Origin: Myxococcales bacterium
GTDB lineage: Bacteria > Myxococcota_A > UBA9042
Assembly (NCBI GenBank): GCA_037441385.1
Contig: JBBISH010000052.1
Span: 1-40,909 of the forward strand
Direction: 5' to 3'
DNA: 40,909 nucleotides
Part shown: piece by piece, positions 1 to 8,678 of the stretch
Layout of the letters: the number at the start of each line of letters is the position of its first letter
Position numbering within the stretch: position 1 is the first letter of the stretch
Notes under the pieces: generated by a model
Told to the model about the DNA's origin: nothing
The model's input: the letters and a program-made list of their open reading frames with translations, nothing else
Databases searched by the model: none
Translations under genes and position numbers: made by a program

Positions 1-2
1 GC

Positions 3-1136
3 GTGAACCTCGGCGCGCTGCCCACCTGCAGCGACATCGACGAGTGCGCGACCGACAACGGCGGCTGCGGCGACGCCAAGTTCTGGACCTGCAAGAACAA
101 CGCCGCGGGCCCCGCCACGTGCACGGACATCGATGAATGCGCAACCAACAACGGCGGCTGCGGCGACGCCAACTACGCCAACTGCAAGAACAACGCGGGG
201 GCACCGCCCACCTGCACCGACGTGGACGAATGCGCCACCGGCAACGGCGGCTGTGGCGACCCCAAGTTCTGGACCTGCAAGAACAACTACGCGGCGCCGC
301 CCAGCTGCGTCGACATCGACGAATGCCTGACCAACAACGGTGGCTGCGGCGATCCCAAGGCCTGGTCCTGCAGCAACAATGCAGGCGCGGCGCCCACTTG
401 CGCAGACATCGACGAGTGCGCCACCAACAACGGCGGCTGCGGCGCCAAGAACACCTGCATCAACAAGCCGGGCGGCTTTGCCTGCGCGTGGCTCAACTGC
501 CTGGCGGTGCGCGACGCCGGCCTGCCCAGCGGCGAATACAGCGTCAACGTGGGCGGCCCGCGCACGGTCTACTGCGACAACAGCACCGCGGGCGGCGGCT
601 GGACCTTCTTGAAAACCGCCGATATCCAAGGTCTGGCCGCCTTCAACCTGGACGGCTACCGCACCGACAAGGGGAGCGTGTTGATTCGTCTGAGCGGCAG
701 CTACGGCCAGGCGTACACGCTGATCAAGCAGTTGGCTGCCTATGCCAGCTATCCGATGGCGGTCGCGATCCTCAGCGCTGCGGGCGCCTCGGCCACCGCC
801 GGCTACAACATCCACCTGACCATGATCCCGGTCAGCGTGGCCAAGGCCTACACGGTCCAGGGTTTCAACAGCAATGGCCAGGACCTGACCTTTGGCAACT
901 GCGACAGCAACCCCAACAGCTACTTCGAGTTCTTTGCGGCGGGCGCCGGCTACGACTTCAATACCGCCTACGCCCTGACCAATTCGTGGTTGGCGTCCAA
1001 GGTGCTGGGCGGGAGCTTGCCCGCCGCCTACCTGGGCAAGGGCGCCATGCACGACGGCGGCTGCGGCGCGCACAACACCACCTCGCAGTGGACCGGCGTG
1101 GACGGGACCGCGGCGGTGGCCATCGGTTTGCGGTAG
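3..1136 (+). CDS. 5'-truncated extracellular protein with tandem calcium-binding EGF-like repeats and a fibrinogen-like C-terminal region
   Basis: Five D-[IV]-D-E-C-x-x-x-N-G-G-C repeats, then NCLAVRDAGLPSGEY...VYCDNSTAGGGWT, the motif that opens fibrinogen-related domains. The frame is open at the window edge. Confidence 0.85.
   Translation: MNLGALPTCSDIDECATDNGGCGDAKFWTCKNNAAGPATCTDIDECATNNGGCGDANYANCKNNAGAPPTCTDVDECATGNGGCGDPKFWTCKNNYAAPPSCVDIDECLTNNGGCGDPKAWSCSNNAGAAPTCADIDECATNNGGCGAKNTCINKPGGFACAWLNCLAVRDAGLPSGEYSVNVGGPRTVYCDNSTAGGGWTFLKTADIQGLAAFNLDGYRTDKGSVLIRLSGSYGQAYTLIKQLAAYASYPMAVAILSAAGASATAGYNIHLTMIPVSVAKAYTVQGFNSNGQDLTFGNCDSNPNSYFEFFAAGAGYDFNTAYALTNSWLASKVLGGSLPAAYLGKGAMHDGGCGAHNTTSQWTGVDGTAAVAIGLR
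33..497 (+). repeat. Intragenic tandem repeat, 93-bp (31-aa) period
   Basis: Units start at 33, 126, 219, 312 and 405 (gacatcgacgagtgc-like). Confidence 0.9.
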
Positions 1137-1478
1137 GCCTGGGCCGCGGGCGCTGGAGCCGGAAACGCGAAAACCTCTAGCCTGCGGGCGAGCTTGATTG
1201 CCCTTGCCGAGGTGTAGCCCTACCGCTGCGGTTGCCCCCGTTGCGCCGCCCGGATCTGGGGCTGGTCATGCGCGATGTCAGCAATGGCCTGCTGGTCAAC
1301 AAGTTCACCGAGGTCACCGTCGCGCCATCCGCTCCAGGACCGGCCGGGACTGCCGGAAAAACGACTTGATAAACGTCTACAACGTCCGCTTTCCTGCGGT
1401 GCCACGCTTTCGCGCCGGCCAAGTGCACAGACTCGTTGCGGGCAGCGCTGCAACCCGCCCAGAGTGCATGGCGCCCGC

Positions 1479-2180
1479 CTACAGGTACACGTCGTCGGGT
1501 TCGAGCCCTTCCTTGATCCGCCACGCCTCTAGCAGGGCCCGCCGTCCCTGCGGATAGCGTTCCGCCAGCGGCACCGCCGCCGCCATCCGGTCCGCGCGGA
1601 AGTGGCGAAAATCCCCGCGCAGTTCGCACCAAGCCATCAGCATCAGCACCGAATCGAAGTAGCCCAGACCAAAGGGCCACACCACCCGCTCCGAAGTCGA
1701 GTCTTGGCCGTCGCGGTACACCAGCCGGACCTTGTGCTGACTGCGCACGGCCTGCCGCAGGGCCAGGGCCACGCCCGGGTCGACCGGCAGTTGCGTCGAA
1801 GGCCCGGCCAGCAGAGTGGTCGCTTCGAGTTCGCGGCGCAGCGCTGGCGGCAGCACAGCTCCCACCTTGCTCACCAGGCGTCGCGCGGCTGCGGCCAGGT
1901 TCGCATCGGCGCGATCGGCCACCCACGACACGCCGAGCACCAAAGCCTCGAGCTCGTCGACCGAGAACATCAGCGGCGGCAACGTAAAGCCGGGCTTGAG
2001 GACGTAGCCAATCCCGGCCTCGCCTTCGATCGGCGCGCCCTGGGCCTGCAGAGTGGCGATATCGCGGTAGATCGTGCGAACGCTGACGTCCATCTCGCCG
2101 GCCAGCGCCTCGGCGGTCACGGCAAAGCGCCGACCGCGGAGCAGTTCGAGCAAATCCAACAGGCGGGCCGAGCGCGACAT
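1479..2180 (-). CDS. YafY-family HTH-WYL transcriptional regulator
   Basis: N-terminal wHTH (LAGEMDVSVRTIYRDIATL, GEAGIGY) and WYL domain (AWCELRGDFRHFRADR). Start taken at ATG 2180 (MSRSARL). Confidence 0.93.
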   Translation of the reverse strand: MSRSARLLDLLELLRGRRFAVTAEALAGEMDVSVRTIYRDIATLQAQGAPIEGEAGIGYVLKPGFTLPPLMFSVDELEALVLGVSWVADRADANLAAAARRLVSKVGAVLPPALRRELEATTLLAGPSTQLPVDPGVALALRQAVRSQHKVRLVYRDGQDSTSERVVWPFGLGYFDSVLMLMAWCELRGDFRHFRADRMAAAVPLAERYPQGRRALLEAWRIKEGLEPDDVYL

Positions 2181-2196
2181 CGCCCTACGATAGCCT

Positions 2197-2218
2197 CCTG
2201 ACAGAAACTGACACAAGG
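2197..2218. promoter_or_regulatory. Probable operator of the WYL regulator (TGACAG-AAA-CTGACA, imperfect palindrome)
   Basis: Near-palindrome with one mismatch just upstream of the WYL gene in the divergent intergenic region. It resembles TGACA-N-TGTCA boxes near YafY-type genes. Confidence 0.55.
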
Positions 2219-2337
2219 GGCTGCGATGCTTTCTGGGCAAGGCCGCTCAGCTAGGGCGGCTTTGGCAAGGCCCACTGCGACCGAGGCTGGAGTCGCCAGC
2301 CCCACCACGCGCCCCGAGCGCACCAAGGTTGATACCC

Positions 2338-2703
2338 ATGAAGTGCCCCAACGCCATCATCTTGTACGTCCGCGAACCCGCTGCGAGTGCCCAGTTCTAT
2401 CACCAGCTGTTCGGCGCGCCCATCGTCGAATCTTCGGCCAACTTCGCGATGCTGATCCTTGAGGGCGGCACCATGCTGGGGCTGTGGGCCGAACACGACG
2501 TGAGCCCTACTCCCGCCGGTCGGCCAGCCGGCTGGGAACTCGCGGTGACTACGGCCAGCGCCGCCGAGACGGACGCCGCCTTGGCTCAGGCCCGGCAGCT
2601 CGGCGCCCCCATCGTGCAAGAGCCGGTGCAGCTCGACTTTGGCTACACATTCGTGTTGGCGGCCCCCGATGGCCACCTGGTCCGTGTGTTCACGCCGTCG
2701 TAA
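2338..2703 (+). CDS. VOC/glyoxalase-family protein (EhpR-like small-molecule binding/resistance protein)
   Basis: ILYVREPAASAQFY...LGLW...DFGYTFVLAAPDGHLVRV; divergent from the WYL regulator. Confidence 0.88.
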   Translation: MKCPNAIILYVREPAASAQFYHQLFGAPIVESSANFAMLILEGGTMLGLWAEHDVSPTPAGRPAGWELAVTTASAAETDAALAQARQLGAPIVQEPVQLDFGYTFVLAAPDGHLVRVFTPS

Positions 2704-2717
2704 CGGCCCCTTGACCG

Positions 2718-4370
2718 CTATTCTTGGCCAGCCTGAGCCGGATACGGGCGGTGATCGGCCACCTTGTCCAAGAGCGCCGCCACCCGCAACAGGCGCAAGT
2801 CTTGGTAGCGCCTGCCCACCACTTGCACGCCGACCGGCAACCCCTGGGCCGTGTGGCCGATGGGCAGCGACACGACCGGGCTGCCCGTGACCGAAAACAG
2901 CGTGGTGTACGCCTGCGTCGCCACGTAGTACGGCACGGGCGCCCCGTCGACGACCAGTGGCGTGTCGTAGACATTGAACGTGCCATACGTGTCGGTCGGC
3001 GCGTGATGGGGAAAGGCCGTGGTGGTCGCCACGGGCACGATCCAGGCGTCGTAGTCGGCCAGGAACCGCTCCAACGCGTCGATGTGGCGGTCCTGATCGC
3101 CCAGCGCGCTCATGTGACCGGCCACCGTGATCGGCCCCAGGATCCGCCGCTGGGTCGGGATTGCGGCAACTTTGCTGCCCACGAAGAACTCGGCAAACGA
3201 GCGCGCCAAGTTCGACCGTTCGTAGCCGCCTTGCGCGCCGACGATCGCGCCCCAGGTCTCCCACGCGCCCACATAGTCGAAATCGGCCGGTTCAGCGCGC
3301 GTGACGGTCGCGCCCGCCTTGGTCAGCTGCGCGACGTACGTCTGGATTGCCGTGCGTACTTCCGCACTTACGGGCGCGCCGCCCAATTGCTCGGCATAGG
3401 CCACCCGCAGCCCGGCCAGCGCCGTCGGCGGCGACTCCAGCGGCAGCAGCGGCCGCGCGCTGTGATCGGTCCGGTGCGGCCTGGCCAGCACGCGCAGGGC
3501 CAACTCCAGGTCCTCGATGCTGCGGGCGAGCGGACCGGCGACCGCGAGATCGCGGATCCCGTTGATCTCACCCGGAAGCGGCGGGATATGGCCGCGCAGC
3601 GAGGTGACGCCGTGGGTGGGCTTGAAGCCATACACGCCCGAGTAGGCGACCGGAAGCCGAATCGATCCCGCCAGATCGCTGCCGAGCGACAGCGGGGTCA
3701 TACCGGTCGCCAGCGCCGTAGCACACCCGCCACTGCTGCCGCCCGCCGTGCGCGCCGGATCCCAGGCGTTGGGCGTGGTGCCAAACAGCGGATTGGTGGT
3801 CTGCATGTCCATCGCCAGCCGGGCCAGGTTGGTCTTGGCCAGCACAATGGCACCCGCGTCGCGGAGCAGGGCCACGCTCGTCGCGTCTTCGGTCGGCACG
3901 TGGTCGGCCAGGGGCGCGTGCCCTGCCGTCGTGCGGATTCCGGCCGTCCGGTAGCTGTCTTTGATGGTCACAGGCACGCCGTGCAGCGGCCCCCACTGCT
4001 CGCCGCGGTCGAGCGCCGCATCCGCTTGCCGCGCGCGCTGGCGAGCGCCCTCAGCATCAAGCCAAACGATGGCGTTCCAGCGGCCATTTTCGGCGCGAAT
4101 TTGGGCAATGAACGCCTCGGTCACCTGCAGCGACGTGAGCTCGCGGCGGCGGATGCGCTCGGCCAGCTGGGTGGCGGTGGCAAAAACGATGGCGCGGTCG
4201 GCGGCGGGCGCATCGCCAAGCTGGGCGATCCCGCGGTCGAGCGACGGCAGCGTCGCGGACGCACAGCCCGCCGCCGAAACCAGCGCCGACAGGCCCAGGG
4301 GCAACACGCGACGCGCGGGGGTGGAAGGCTGGGGGCGGACGGCAAGCGAGGGGGAGGCGGGCGTAGTCAT
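2718..4370 (-). CDS. Amidase signature family enzyme
   Basis: GPLHGVPVTIKD (catalytic Lys), GGSSGG and GSDLAGSIRLP (Ser-cisSer-Lys triad). Possible lipoprotein signal LVSAAGC. Start is uncertain (4370 or 4415). Confidence 0.92.
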   Translation of the reverse strand: MTTPASPSLAVRPQPSTPARRVLPLGLSALVSAAGCASATLPSLDRGIAQLGDAPAADRAIVFATATQLAERIRRRELTSLQVTEAFIAQIRAENGRWNAIVWLDAEGARQRARQADAALDRGEQWGPLHGVPVTIKDSYRTAGIRTTAGHAPLADHVPTEDATSVALLRDAGAIVLAKTNLARLAMDMQTTNPLFGTTPNAWDPARTAGGSSGGCATALATGMTPLSLGSDLAGSIRLPVAYSGVYGFKPTHGVTSLRGHIPPLPGEINGIRDLAVAGPLARSIEDLELALRVLARPHRTDHSARPLLPLESPPTALAGLRVAYAEQLGGAPVSAEVRTAIQTYVAQLTKAGATVTRAEPADFDYVGAWETWGAIVGAQGGYERSNLARSFAEFFVGSKVAAIPTQRRILGPITVAGHMSALGDQDRHIDALERFLADYDAWIVPVATTTAFPHHAPTDTYGTFNVYDTPLVVDGAPVPYYVATQAYTTLFSVTGSPVVSLPIGHTAQGLPVGVQVVGRRYQDLRLLRVAALLDKVADHRPYPAQAGQE

Positions 4371-4463
4371 AGCAGTTTCCTTGGGGTTTCGCGGCACGTG
4401 CCGCACTTCGATCACAGTAGCGACCAGCTATTCATGCGTCCAATGACATGTTAGACTGTAATC

Positions 4464-5387
4464 ATGCACGACACGCATTTGAGTGCCCTGGACCTGAACC
4501 TGCTCGTCGCCCTGGACGTGCTGCTCGACGAGGGCAGCGTGACTCGGGCGGCGCGGCGCTTGCACTTGAGTCAGCCCGCGATGAGCCGGGTCTTGGGGCG
4601 AATTCGCGACGCTTTTGCCGATCCGCTGTTCGTCCGCCAGGGCCGCGCGCTGGTGGCCACCGAGCGGGCCCGCACCTTGCGCGAACCCGTCAAGCTTGCG
4701 CTGGCCGGCGTCAAGGCGGTGTTCGCCCCGCCCGTGCCGTTCGATGCCAGCGCCACGCAGCGAATTTTTCGACTGTGGACCTCGGATTACGCCCAGGTGG
4801 CCCTGCTGGGGCCCGTGCTGGACGATCTGCTGGTGGCCGCCCCCGGCGTGGCGCTGACGGTGCTGCCGCTCGGCACCGACCCGGTCGCGGCGCTGGCGTC
4901 GGGGGCCGCCGATATGGTGTTCGGGCCGCCGGCGCTCACGCCCAAGTGGTGTGATTTTCAACCCGTCTTGGCGGACTCGTGGGTGGTGGTGTGCCATCGC
5001 GACCATCCGCCGCCGCAAACGGTGTCCGCCTACCTCGCGGCGCACCACTTGGCCATCGGCGTCGAGCTGGGCCACGGCGAACCCATCGACGAAGCGCTGG
5101 CCCGGCGCGGCCTTCGGCGGGACGTGCGACTGCGGGTGCCCGATTTTGCGGGCGCGCTCTTTGTGGCCGCCACCAGTCGGCTCGTCGCGACCCTGCCGCG
5201 CCCGGCGGGCGAGCAAGGCGCGCGGTTGTTGCCGCTGGCGGTGGCGCCCCTGCCGTTTGCTGCGCCGGAACCCACCGTGGCGATGATTTGGCCGCAGCGT
5301 CTGACGAACGACCCGGCCCATCGCTGGTTGCGCGAAGTGGTGCTGACGCGCCTGGCGAGGTCACCGGGGCGGGCCGCGACCAGCTAG
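4464..5387 (+). CDS. LysR-family transcriptional regulator (NodD/LeuO-like subgroup)
   Basis: LDLNLLVALDVLLDEGSVTRAARRLHLSQPAMSRVLGRIRDAFADPLFVR...DPAHRWLRE; divergent from the amidase. Confidence 0.95.
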   Translation: MHDTHLSALDLNLLVALDVLLDEGSVTRAARRLHLSQPAMSRVLGRIRDAFADPLFVRQGRALVATERARTLREPVKLALAGVKAVFAPPVPFDASATQRIFRLWTSDYAQVALLGPVLDDLLVAAPGVALTVLPLGTDPVAALASGAADMVFGPPALTPKWCDFQPVLADSWVVVCHRDHPPPQTVSAYLAAHHLAIGVELGHGEPIDEALARRGLRRDVRLRVPDFAGALFVAATSRLVATLPRPAGEQGARLLPLAVAPLPFAAPEPTVAMIWPQRLTNDPAHRWLREVVLTRLARSPGRAATS

Positions 5388-5427
5388 AGGCGCGCCGCCC
5401 AGGCCTTGCCGTTGCGGGTCGCGAACG

Positions 5428-5451
5428 GCTCCATGCGCAGTTGCATAGAGC
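5428..5451. promoter_or_regulatory. Putative LysR-type operator GCTCCATGCGCAGTTGCATAGAGC
   Basis: Imperfect palindrome upstream of the DUF2141 gene. Shares CATGCGC-N3-TGCAT with the site at 7804-7819. Confidence 0.45.
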
Positions 5452-5583
5452 GCATTCTAATCTGTCTGTTGCTATGCCGTGACGCGGTGCGTAGGGTGAT
5501 CGACAGCGCGGCGGCCGCTCAGTTCGCCGTCTCTTGGACCGCCCCAATCCGCCGCACCTTGCGGCCCCATCGCGGAGAACGCC

Positions 5584-6039
5584 ATGCGACACAGCTACTT
5601 GACTTCCCTCCTCTTGGTCCTTGGCCTGTGCGCCGCTGCGAGCGCCGGGGCCGATCCTGCCCCCAACCCCAGCCTCGACGTCGAAGTCAGCGGAATCCAC
5701 CACGCCCGCGGCCGGATCGGCTGCTTGCTGTTCCGCTCGGACAAGGGCTTCCCCAAAGACGCCAGCCACGCCAGCCAGCGCGCTTGGGTCGGCATCGAAC
5801 CGGGCAAGTCCGCGGTCTGCAGCTTCAAGTCGGTGCCGGCCGGCGACTATGCGGTGGCCGTCATGCACGACGAAAACGGCAACGGCGAGCTGGACAGCAA
5901 TCTGGTCGGCGCCCCCACCGAGGGCTACGGATTCTCGAACAATGCCAAATCAGGCATGTTTGGTCCGCCGTCGTTCGAGAAAGCCCGCCTTCGTTTGGCG
6001 GACAGTGCCCGCTGGGGCGTCCGGCTGGTCTACCCCTAG
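5584..6039 (+). CDS. DUF2141-family secreted protein
   Basis: Signal peptide; GDYAVAVMHDENGNGELDSNLVGAPTEGYGFSNNA and GPPSF motifs; GGAG RBS upstream. Confidence 0.88.
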   Translation: MRHSYLTSLLLVLGLCAAASAGADPAPNPSLDVEVSGIHHARGRIGCLLFRSDKGFPKDASHASQRAWVGIEPGKSAVCSFKSVPAGDYAVAVMHDENGNGELDSNLVGAPTEGYGFSNNAKSGMFGPPSFEKARLRLADSARWGVRLVYP

Positions 6040-6173
6040 TACGACCCCAGTCTGATTCACGCCTGTACGGCTCCTCAGACCCGGTCTGCAACCGGCGAGA
6101 ATCAGGCGGGGACCCCGGTTCGGGCCCGAAGAATTGCCGAGGTTTTCGAGCCGATTCGGACGGAAGCCGTATA
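6039..6173. mobile_element. MITE-like element, copy A (~135 bp)
   Basis: 6052-6165 matches the reverse complement of 19712-19825 with about 11 mismatches in 114 bp (hand alignment). Has imperfect terminal inverted repeats and abuts the TAG stop of the DUF2141 gene. Confidence 0.65.
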
Positions 6174-6290
6174 AGCACTGGATTGTTTTGGGGTGTTTTG
6201 ACCGCCCCAGGTTCGGGCCCTGGGCTTGGTGCCGCGGCACGGTTGGACCCGCCCGCCAAGCTTGCCCGCGGCGCGCTCCACAAGGATGCG

Positions 6291-6845
6291 ATGAAACCAG
6301 CGATTCTTCTTGGATCCGTGGCCGTGGTAGCGGTGACCTCGGCGGTCTGCATCGTGGCGCCGCCGCCGCCCTTGCTGCCGGTGCTGGTCCATCGGGGCTT
6401 GCACCTGCTGGGGATGGTGTTGCTGCTGGGCAACGCCACCAGCGGGGCGGTGTGGCTGGCCCAAGCCGACGCGAGCAGGTCCCTGAGCCGGCTGCACTTT
6501 GCTCTGGCAGGCATCAACCGCCTGGACGTGTGGCTGACCACCCCGGCGTGCCTCTTGCTGGTGGTCAACGGCGCAGCGCTGGGGCAACTGCACGGCGGGG
6601 TGCTGACGCCCAAGTGGCTGCAGTGGGGCGTCGCGCTGTTTGTCGTGGCCGGTGCGCTGTGGGGCGGTGCGCTGGTGCCGATGCAGCTTCGCCTAGAACG
6701 GACCTGCGCCCATGCGCTGCTGCATGGCGGTGACACTCCGCCGGCCCACCTGCGCGCGCCACTGCTGCGCTACTTTGTCGCTGGCGGCGTGGTGGGGACG
6801 CTGCTGCTCGCGGCGCTCTGGGTGATGGTCCTCAAACCGATCTAG
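6291..6845 (+). CDS. DUF2269-like integral membrane protein
   Basis: LHLLGMVLLLGN helix, several TM segments, W-L-x-W-G motif, C-terminal LWVMVLKP; AAGGA RBS before ATG 6291. Confidence 0.75.
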   Translation: MKPAILLGSVAVVAVTSAVCIVAPPPPLLPVLVHRGLHLLGMVLLLGNATSGAVWLAQADASRSLSRLHFALAGINRLDVWLTTPACLLLVVNGAALGQLHGGVLTPKWLQWGVALFVVAGALWGGALVPMQLRLERTCAHALLHGGDTPPAHLRAPLLRYFVAGGVVGTLLLAALWVMVLKPI

Positions 6846-6851
6846 AGGCGA

Positions 6852-7752
6852 CTACTCCGAGGTCCGCCCGGCGGCCGGGTCGTCCAAGAACGCTACCGCT
6901 TGTTCGTGCAAGAACCGCCACACCGCCCGCACTCGCGGCACACTCACCAGCGCCGAGTGCGCCACCAGCCACACGCCACAGGCCAGCGCCGCGTCGTCGG
7001 CCGGCAGCTTGAGCAGCGGCTCGGCCAGGCCCACGTTGCGTTGCCGCATCAAGGCATCGGGCAGGATCGCCGCGCCCAGCCCGGCCACCACGGCGGCGAC
7101 CAGCGCGTCGATGCGATTGGTGCGCAACACTACCCGCGCATTGGGTACAACATGTTGAAACCACTGGGTAGTCTCGGAGCCAACACTCTCGTCCCAGTCG
7201 ACCCATGGCACATCGGCCAGACCGCGGCCAAACTCCGAACCCCAGCCAAGGATGCACCCACACGCCCTGGGCGAGCACCGCCACCTTGCGCGCCACCAGA
7301 TCGCCGGTGCGCGGCCGCACCAGCCGCAGCGCCAAATCCGCCTCGCGCCGCGCCAAGTTGGCCACCTGCTGGCTCGCCACCAACTCGATCACCAGGCCTG
7401 GGTACTGGGCCAGCAACTTCGGCAAGAGCGGCACCAGAAATTCGCTGTCGATTCCATCGGGTACCGCCAGCCGCACCACGCCTTCCACGGCCTCGTCCGC
7501 TGCCTCGGCCTCGCGCACAAAGGCGGCCGCCGCCCCTTCGGCCGTCTCGGCGATGGGCAGCACGCGCTCAGCCAGTCCCGTGGGCGCCAAGCCGCCCGGC
7601 ACGCGATCAAACAGGCGAGCCTTCAAAGCTTTTTCAAGACTGGCCAGGCGCCGCGACGCCGTCGACTGGTCCAGGCCCAAGGTCTTGCCGGCCCCAGTGA
7701 GCGAGCGGGCGCGATAGGCGGCCAAGAACAGGTGCAAATCGTCCCAGTTCAT
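6852..7752 (-). pseudogene. LysR-family regulator with a frameshift near 7240 (or sequencing error)
   Basis: The N-terminal half (MNWDDLHLFLAAYRARSLTGAG...READLALRLVRP) and the C-terminal half (PWVDWD...GLGAAILP...VWLVAH...PRVRAVWRFL) are in different frames. Confidence 0.85.
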
Positions 7753-7803
7753 CGCCGTAGGATCCAAACGTGTTGTCATGTGGCCTCCGCGCCCAGCCTA
7801 CGA

Positions 7804-7819
7804 CATGCGCTTGTGCATG
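7804..7819. promoter_or_regulatory. Putative LysR operator CATGCGCTTGTGCATG
   Basis: Palindromic CATGC-N6-GCATG in the divergent region between the LysR and the reductase. Confidence 0.5.
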
Positions 7820-7905
7820 GCAACCATGCAAGTGCTGGCGTTTCGATGCGTGTGAGCATGAGCTAGTCTGAGGGGGTGGCGGCTCTTGTGCCGCTTGGAG
7901 TCACC

Positions 7906-8487
7906 ATGCCGCGCATTCTTGTCGTAGTCGGCCATCCTCGCGCCAACAGCCTGTGTGCCGCCCTTGCCACCCGCTATGTCGAGGCGGCCGCGAGCGCCGG
8001 TGCCGAGGTAGAGCGCTTGAATCTTACCGACTTGCAATTCGATCTGAACCTGCGCTCTGGCTTTGCCAGCGCCCTGGAGCCGGACCTGCAGCGCGCCCAA
8101 GCGCAGCTCCTTTGGGCCGAGCATATCGTGTGGGTCTATCCGGTGTGGTGGGCTAATTTGCCGGCGTTGCTCAAGGGGTTCTGCGATCGCGTGCTGCTTC
8201 CTGGCTTCGCCTTTCGCTATGTGGAGGGCCGGGCTGTGCCCGACCGGCTGCTGGCGGGCCGCACCGCGCGCCTGTTGGTGACCATGGACTCGCCGCCGTG
8301 GTACTACCGGTGGCTGATGGGCGCCCCGGCCGAGCGGGCGATGATCAAGGGAACTCTTGAATTTTGTGGCATCAAGCTGCGCGGGCGCAGCTACTTTGGT
8401 CCGGTGCGCGGAAGTACGCCCAGCGCGCGCGCCGGCTGGCTCGAACAGGCCCAGGCGCTGGGGCAGCGCGATGCCGCGGGCGGGTAG
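7906..8487 (+). CDS. NAD(P)H-dependent oxidoreductase, flavodoxin-like fold (Flavodoxin_2/MdaB-like)
   Basis: ILVVVGHPRANSLC, YPVWWANLPALLKGFCDRV; GGAG RBS before ATG 7906. Confidence 0.92.
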   Translation: MPRILVVVGHPRANSLCAALATRYVEAAASAGAEVERLNLTDLQFDLNLRSGFASALEPDLQRAQAQLLWAEHIVWVYPVWWANLPALLKGFCDRVLLPGFAFRYVEGRAVPDRLLAGRTARLLVTMDSPPWYYRWLMGAPAERAMIKGTLEFCGIKLRGRSYFGPVRGSTPSARAGWLEQAQALGQRDAAGG

Positions 8488-8678
8488 CCGGTCCGCCGCA
8501 CCAGGACCCGGCGCGCCGGCCCCTTGTGCCGCGGACTTGGCCATAATTTACTGTACATTCATGCATATCTTGGCGTTGACGCGGACCGGGAGCCAGCGTA
8601 CGCTCGCGCTCGGGTCACCAAGCCCGGCTCCCACTGCTTGGATGGGCGCCCGGACACTCACGCAAGGCAGGCCGCCCC

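Noticed and set aside
1200..1470. Possible gene remnant (MRDVSNGLLVNKFTEVTVAP... from 1268)
   Set aside because: Only about 33 codons with no clear RBS or recognisable family; cannot be supported without a search.
6039..6173. Group II intron domain V (GAGCCGTA on the minus strand)
   Set aside because: The following bases do not form the domain V hairpin and there is no reverse transcriptase gene.
5406..6290. N-terminal extensions in the ORF track (5406-6845; likewise 12318, 19900, 22234, 28135, 32963 starts)
   Set aside because: The extensions run through other genes or repeats; downstream starts with an RBS or gene overlap match the domain boundaries.
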